Notes under the pieces: model-generated | The model's database searches: none | What the model saw: the letters and a program-made list of their open reading frames with translations, nothing else | What the model was told of the DNA's origin: nothing | From: Clostridia bacterium | GTDB taxonomy: Bacteria; Bacillota; Clostridia; Oscillospirales; CAG-272 | Assembly: GCA_017938885.1 (NCBI GenBank) | Contig: JAGBAS010000028.1 | Coordinates: forward strand, 909-64,908 | Direction of reading: 5' to 3' | Length of the DNA stretch: 64,000 bases | Made by a program: the position numbers and the translations under genes | Shown here: positions 60,862 to 64,000 of the stretch, one piece after another | Layout: every line of letters starts with the position of its first letter | Position numbering within the stretch: the stretch's first letter is position 1

Positions 60862-63204
60862 ATGAAAAAGAATCTGTTGCGACTCTGCGCCGCGGCTCTG
60901 TTGCTCTCCATGGCACTGACCGGATGTACCCCCGGCAGCGGGGTCACAGACACCACGGCAAACGACACCGAAGACACCAATCCCCCCGCCGCAGAGGAGA
61001 CCACCGAGACCCCCACCGAGGCGGAGACCGAGGCTCCCGACCTCTCCCTGAAGCTGGTGGCGGACGGTGCCTCCGATTATGTGATCGAATTCGATTCCGA
61101 TACCTCCAAGATCCCTGCCTACACCCTCCGCGAGGTGGTCAAGCAGACGACCGGCGTGGAACTGCGGATGGATACCTCCGATTACGGTACCCCCACGGGC
61201 TATGAGTTCGCTGTGAGCTTTGTCGATGGCGACGCCGAGGCTCTGGGCAACTACGGCTACGAGATCACGGCAAACGGCACGCATTTGACGGTGAAGGCTG
61301 CCACCCTGGCAGGCTTTGATATGGCCATCTCCCGCCTGATGGCTGACTGCGCCGCCGATCAGACCGTCAAGATCCCCGCTGACTACGCCGTTACCGAGCA
61401 ACTCAACTGGGCTTCCAACTACGTCCTGGAGGGCGACGACTACAAGCCCGCGTACAACGACGGTATGTTCTACAACGATAAGAACGACGCGGTAGCCTAC
61501 GTCTCCAACGCCATGTGGCATATGTTCGGTCTGGTTGACGATGGCCGGAACCTGGTCTACCGCTTCGGCAACGAGCCCACTTGGTACGAGTGGATGTCCG
61601 AGAAAATGGCCTGGAGCGGAGATGCGGGCTACATCAATGAGCTGAAGGGCAAGCTCCGCTCCTTCCCCCAGGTCTCCACGGGCTATATGTGGTCCTGGGG
61701 CTCCTTCCCCTACTGGCAGGTGGGTGACTGCTATTCCATCCACTACGACGGCACCTTCCGCTACATCGCCGCCGTGTACGACGTCATCTCCTGGGAAGGC
61801 AACACCGACTTTTTGTTCGACACCGACAACGACACCGCCGGCGGTCAGTACGCCTCGGTGGACGCCTCCAAGGGCCGCACCGTGCTGGACAAGACAGAGG
61901 CCTGCATGAGCTACATTCTGGAGTACCTCCACGGTAAGGACGGATACATTCTTCTGACCGAGGAATCCACCTACCTCAACGCAGATGGCTCCGAGCGCTT
62001 TGACTACGTCAAGGATACGGGCAAGTACTGCTGGAACAACACGGGCAAGGACGGCTCCAACGCCTCCAACTACTGGGATAACCTCTGCTTCGGCGGCTAT
62101 GACGGCTACTCCAACGCTCTGTTCTACAATGCTCTGGAGTCCATGGCAGGCATTTACCGTATGCTGGGCGGTGACTATATCGCCAAGGCTGAGGAGCTGG
62201 AGGCTCTGGCCGTAACGGTCAAGGATAAGTTCAACGAGACCTTCTGGTCTGAGGAGACCGGCCGCTACATCGCCTGCATCGACTCTGACGGCAGACGGGT
62301 AGACTTCGGTCTGACCTTCCACAACTTCGAGATCCTGAAGTACGGCCTGGCGGATGCAGAGCGGGCTAAGTCGGTCTTCGACTGGATCGACGGCGACCGC
62401 ATCATTGAGGGGGAGGAGCGCACCGGCGCGGATATCCTCTCCTACGGTCAATGCATCCAGAAGGCTCTTTCCCGCCGCAAGCTCAAGGATCTGGAGGATC
62501 GGGGGCTTCGCCTGGCGGCGGTGACCAACACCATCCCCATCAACAATGCAGAGAACAAGAAGCTGGGCGTGGCCTGGTGGCATGGCCCAGCCGGCATCAA
62601 CGTCTGGGGCAGTGCGGCTTACGGCCTCCACCTGGAGAACGGCGGCTACATCTTCTACCCCGTATTCTACGAGCTCATGGCCCGCACCGAGTACGAGGGT
62701 GCCCAGTCCACCATCGACCGTCTGGCGGATATCGCCCGGGTCTACGAGTACAATCGGCTGGTCTCCGACCTGGCCGCCAGCGGCTCCACCAACTGGCTGG
62801 AGGGTCTGAACGGCGAGTTCCCCGAGAGCGGTCTGGTTCCCTCCACCTACATCTACAGCCTGGTCGGTCTGACAGCCGAGCACGACGGCCTCCACCTCTC
62901 CCCCTCTTGGGGCGATGCTTACGAGTACATGGGTGTCCGCAAGGTCACCTATGGCGGTAAGAGCTACGACGTCAAGGTCAACCGCGACGCCTCCTGTACC
63001 ATCACGGCCACCAGCGGTGCCATGGATCTGACCCTCCACTATACGCCCGCTCGCTTTGGAAGCATGAGCTACACCGTTACGGTCATGACGGCAGACGGAG
63101 CCACCACTACCTCCACCGTGACCCCCGACGAAAGCGGTGTCATCCACGTGGAGCTGACCTACGACAGCGTCGCGAGCGTGACCATCGCACCCGTGATCGG
63201 TTGA
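60862..63204 (+). CDS. Surface lipoprotein, putative (alpha/alpha)6 six-hairpin glycoside hydrolase
   Basis: Lipobox LSMALTGC plus an acidic linker. An N-terminal alpha/beta module is shared with 48654.. and 63226... The central region GGYDGYSNALFYNALESMAGIYRMLGG...FWSEETGRYIACIDSDGRRVDFG is typical of six-hairpin enzymes. The family cannot be assigned by eye. Confidence 0.65.
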   Translation: MKKNLLRLCAAALLLSMALTGCTPGSGVTDTTANDTEDTNPPAAEETTETPTEAETEAPDLSLKLVADGASDYVIEFDSDTSKIPAYTLREVVKQTTGVELRMDTSDYGTPTGYEFAVSFVDGDAEALGNYGYEITANGTHLTVKAATLAGFDMAISRLMADCAADQTVKIPADYAVTEQLNWASNYVLEGDDYKPAYNDGMFYNDKNDAVAYVSNAMWHMFGLVDDGRNLVYRFGNEPTWYEWMSEKMAWSGDAGYINELKGKLRSFPQVSTGYMWSWGSFPYWQVGDCYSIHYDGTFRYIAAVYDVISWEGNTDFLFDTDNDTAGGQYASVDASKGRTVLDKTEACMSYILEYLHGKDGYILLTEESTYLNADGSERFDYVKDTGKYCWNNTGKDGSNASNYWDNLCFGGYDGYSNALFYNALESMAGIYRMLGGDYIAKAEELEALAVTVKDKFNETFWSEETGRYIACIDSDGRRVDFGLTFHNFEILKYGLADAERAKSVFDWIDGDRIIEGEERTGADILSYGQCIQKALSRRKLKDLEDRGLRLAAVTNTIPINNAENKKLGVAWWHGPAGINVWGSAAYGLHLENGGYIFYPVFYELMARTEYEGAQSTIDRLADIARVYEYNRLVSDLAASGSTNWLEGLNGEFPESGLVPSTYIYSLVGLTAEHDGLHLSPSWGDAYEYMGVRKVTYGGKSYDVKVNRDASCTITATSGAMDLTLHYTPARFGSMSYTVTVMTADGATTTSTVTPDESGVIHVELTYDSVASVTIAPVIG

Positions 63205-63225
63205 TCCGTGTACAGGAGAATCACC

Positions 63226-64000
63226 ATGAAGTATAGCCGTCTCATCCGCACCCTTTCCGTTGCAGCTCTGGCGTTGCTGGTGTTGGCGTCCTTAGCTGCC
63301 TGTACCGCCCCCCCCGACGGGCCGGTCGGAGCGGATACGAATCCCACGTCCCCCATCGCGACATCACCCGCTCCCTCTCCGGAGACCGATACCGATGCAC
63401 CGCCGGATACCCCTGCCGAGCCCGACGTCAGCCTGAACGCTGAGCAAGCCGTCATCGTTCTGTCCTCTTATGCCACCACCTGGGAATCTGACGCCGCTGA
63501 TTCCCTGGCCGCTGAGCTGGGGCTGACGGTGGTCTCCGACAAGAGCGCGCCCGCAGACAAAAGCCTGTTCGTCATCGGATACACCCGCTTGCACGACCGC
63601 TTCTCCACGGATCTCGATACGCTGGAGAACGGCTACGCCATCATCGCTGAGAACGGCTCCCTCCTGTTGGGAGCCAACAGCGAGGCAGGGATGGCCGAGG
63701 CTCTTGCGGTTCTGCGGGGTGTCATCACCGAAGATGGCACCATCCCCGCAGGCACCCATACCGTGGTCTCGGCTCTGTCCAACGACAACGAGCCCCCGGC
63801 CTACGAGGGTGACTGGGGGCAGAACATTGCCCATGCCGCCGATATTGCCAACGAAATCGGTTTACAGTTCATGGACGTCCGCCGTTCCGTATGGCGCATC
63901 TCCAACCGGGACGTGATCTTTACCTTTGAGATGAAGAAGGAGAACCAATTCACCTCCATCACAAACCCCGAGGGCTTCCCCTACATGACCCACACGGGTG
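63226..64000 (+). CDS. Surface lipoprotein (5' part only; runs off the window)
   Basis: RBS caggagaatcaccATG. The product starts MKYSRLIRTLSVAALALLVLASLAAC followed by a P/T/D/E linker. The frame is open to the end of the window. The ORF is absent from the ORF track because it has no stop. Confidence 0.65.
   Translation, partial: MKYSRLIRTLSVAALALLVLASLAACTAPPDGPVGADTNPTSPIATSPAPSPETDTDAPPDTPAEPDVSLNAEQAVIVLSSYATTWESDAADSLAAELGLTVVSDKSAPADKSLFVIGYTRLHDRFSTDLDTLENGYAIIAENGSLLLGANSEAGMAEALAVLRGVITEDGTIPAGTHTVVSALSNDNEPPAYEGDWGQNIAHAADIANEIGLQFMDVRRSVWRISNRDVIFTFEMKKENQFTSITNPEGFPYMTHTG

Noticed and set aside
1-64000. Prophage, integrative element, toxin-antitoxin pair, retron/DGR, rRNA/tRNA genes.
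   Set aside because: No integrase, recombinase, reverse transcriptase, phage structural gene, tRNA-like cloverleaf or rRNA-like sequence was seen in any frame or intergenic region. The accessory content here is CAZyme-type plus the repeat elements.

Overview
This is a high-GC Firmicutes/Clostridia-type chromosomal segment. The taxon is an inference from PolC, the sporulation sigma factor SigG, McsA-McsB-ClpC, and GGAGG-type RBSs with TGnTATAAT promoters. I call about 48 protein genes and see no rRNA, tRNA, CRISPR array, integrase or prophage.

Conserved housekeeping blocks:
- rplM-rpsI
- ruvA-ruvB
- pyrH-frr-uppS-cdsA-dxr-rseP-ispG-polC
- sigG, nagB
- mcsA-mcsB-clpC
- rhaA
- uxaC-uxuA-SDR

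These blocks are interleaved with a dense set of accessory, cell-surface glycan-degrading genes:
- Six lipobox lipoproteins with acidic Thr/Pro/Glu linkers: two tandem GH36-like paralogues, a GH43-like enzyme, a six-hairpin enzyme, a 1096-aa unknown and a truncated one at the window edge.
- Two Sec-signal proteins (a double-NPCBM glycan binder and a CBM-plus-hydrolase) that share a C-terminal 'KKGC + hydrophobic helix + basic tail' anchor.
- A GH95-like / esterase / URO-D-like operon with an AraC regulator.

Findings worth a second look:
1. A modular family of nested palindromic intergenic elements. One type has arms made of tandem GATACAA heptads (3 copies, each starting right after a stop codon and in the same polarity relative to the upstream gene). 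A second type has TTGGGTTTATCG-type terminal inverted repeats (3 copies overlapping or abutting stop codons). One composite copy between mcsB and clpC is flanked by a perfect 12-bp direct repeat, which looks like a target-site duplication.
2. The shared KKGC C-terminal anchor, a possible sorting signal.
3. A URO-D-family gene interrupted by one in-frame TAG.
4. An islet, partly AT-richer than its flanks, with an XRE regulator divergent from a 2-TM coiled-coil protein of unknown function.

All family assignments were made by eye from motifs. No database search was possible.
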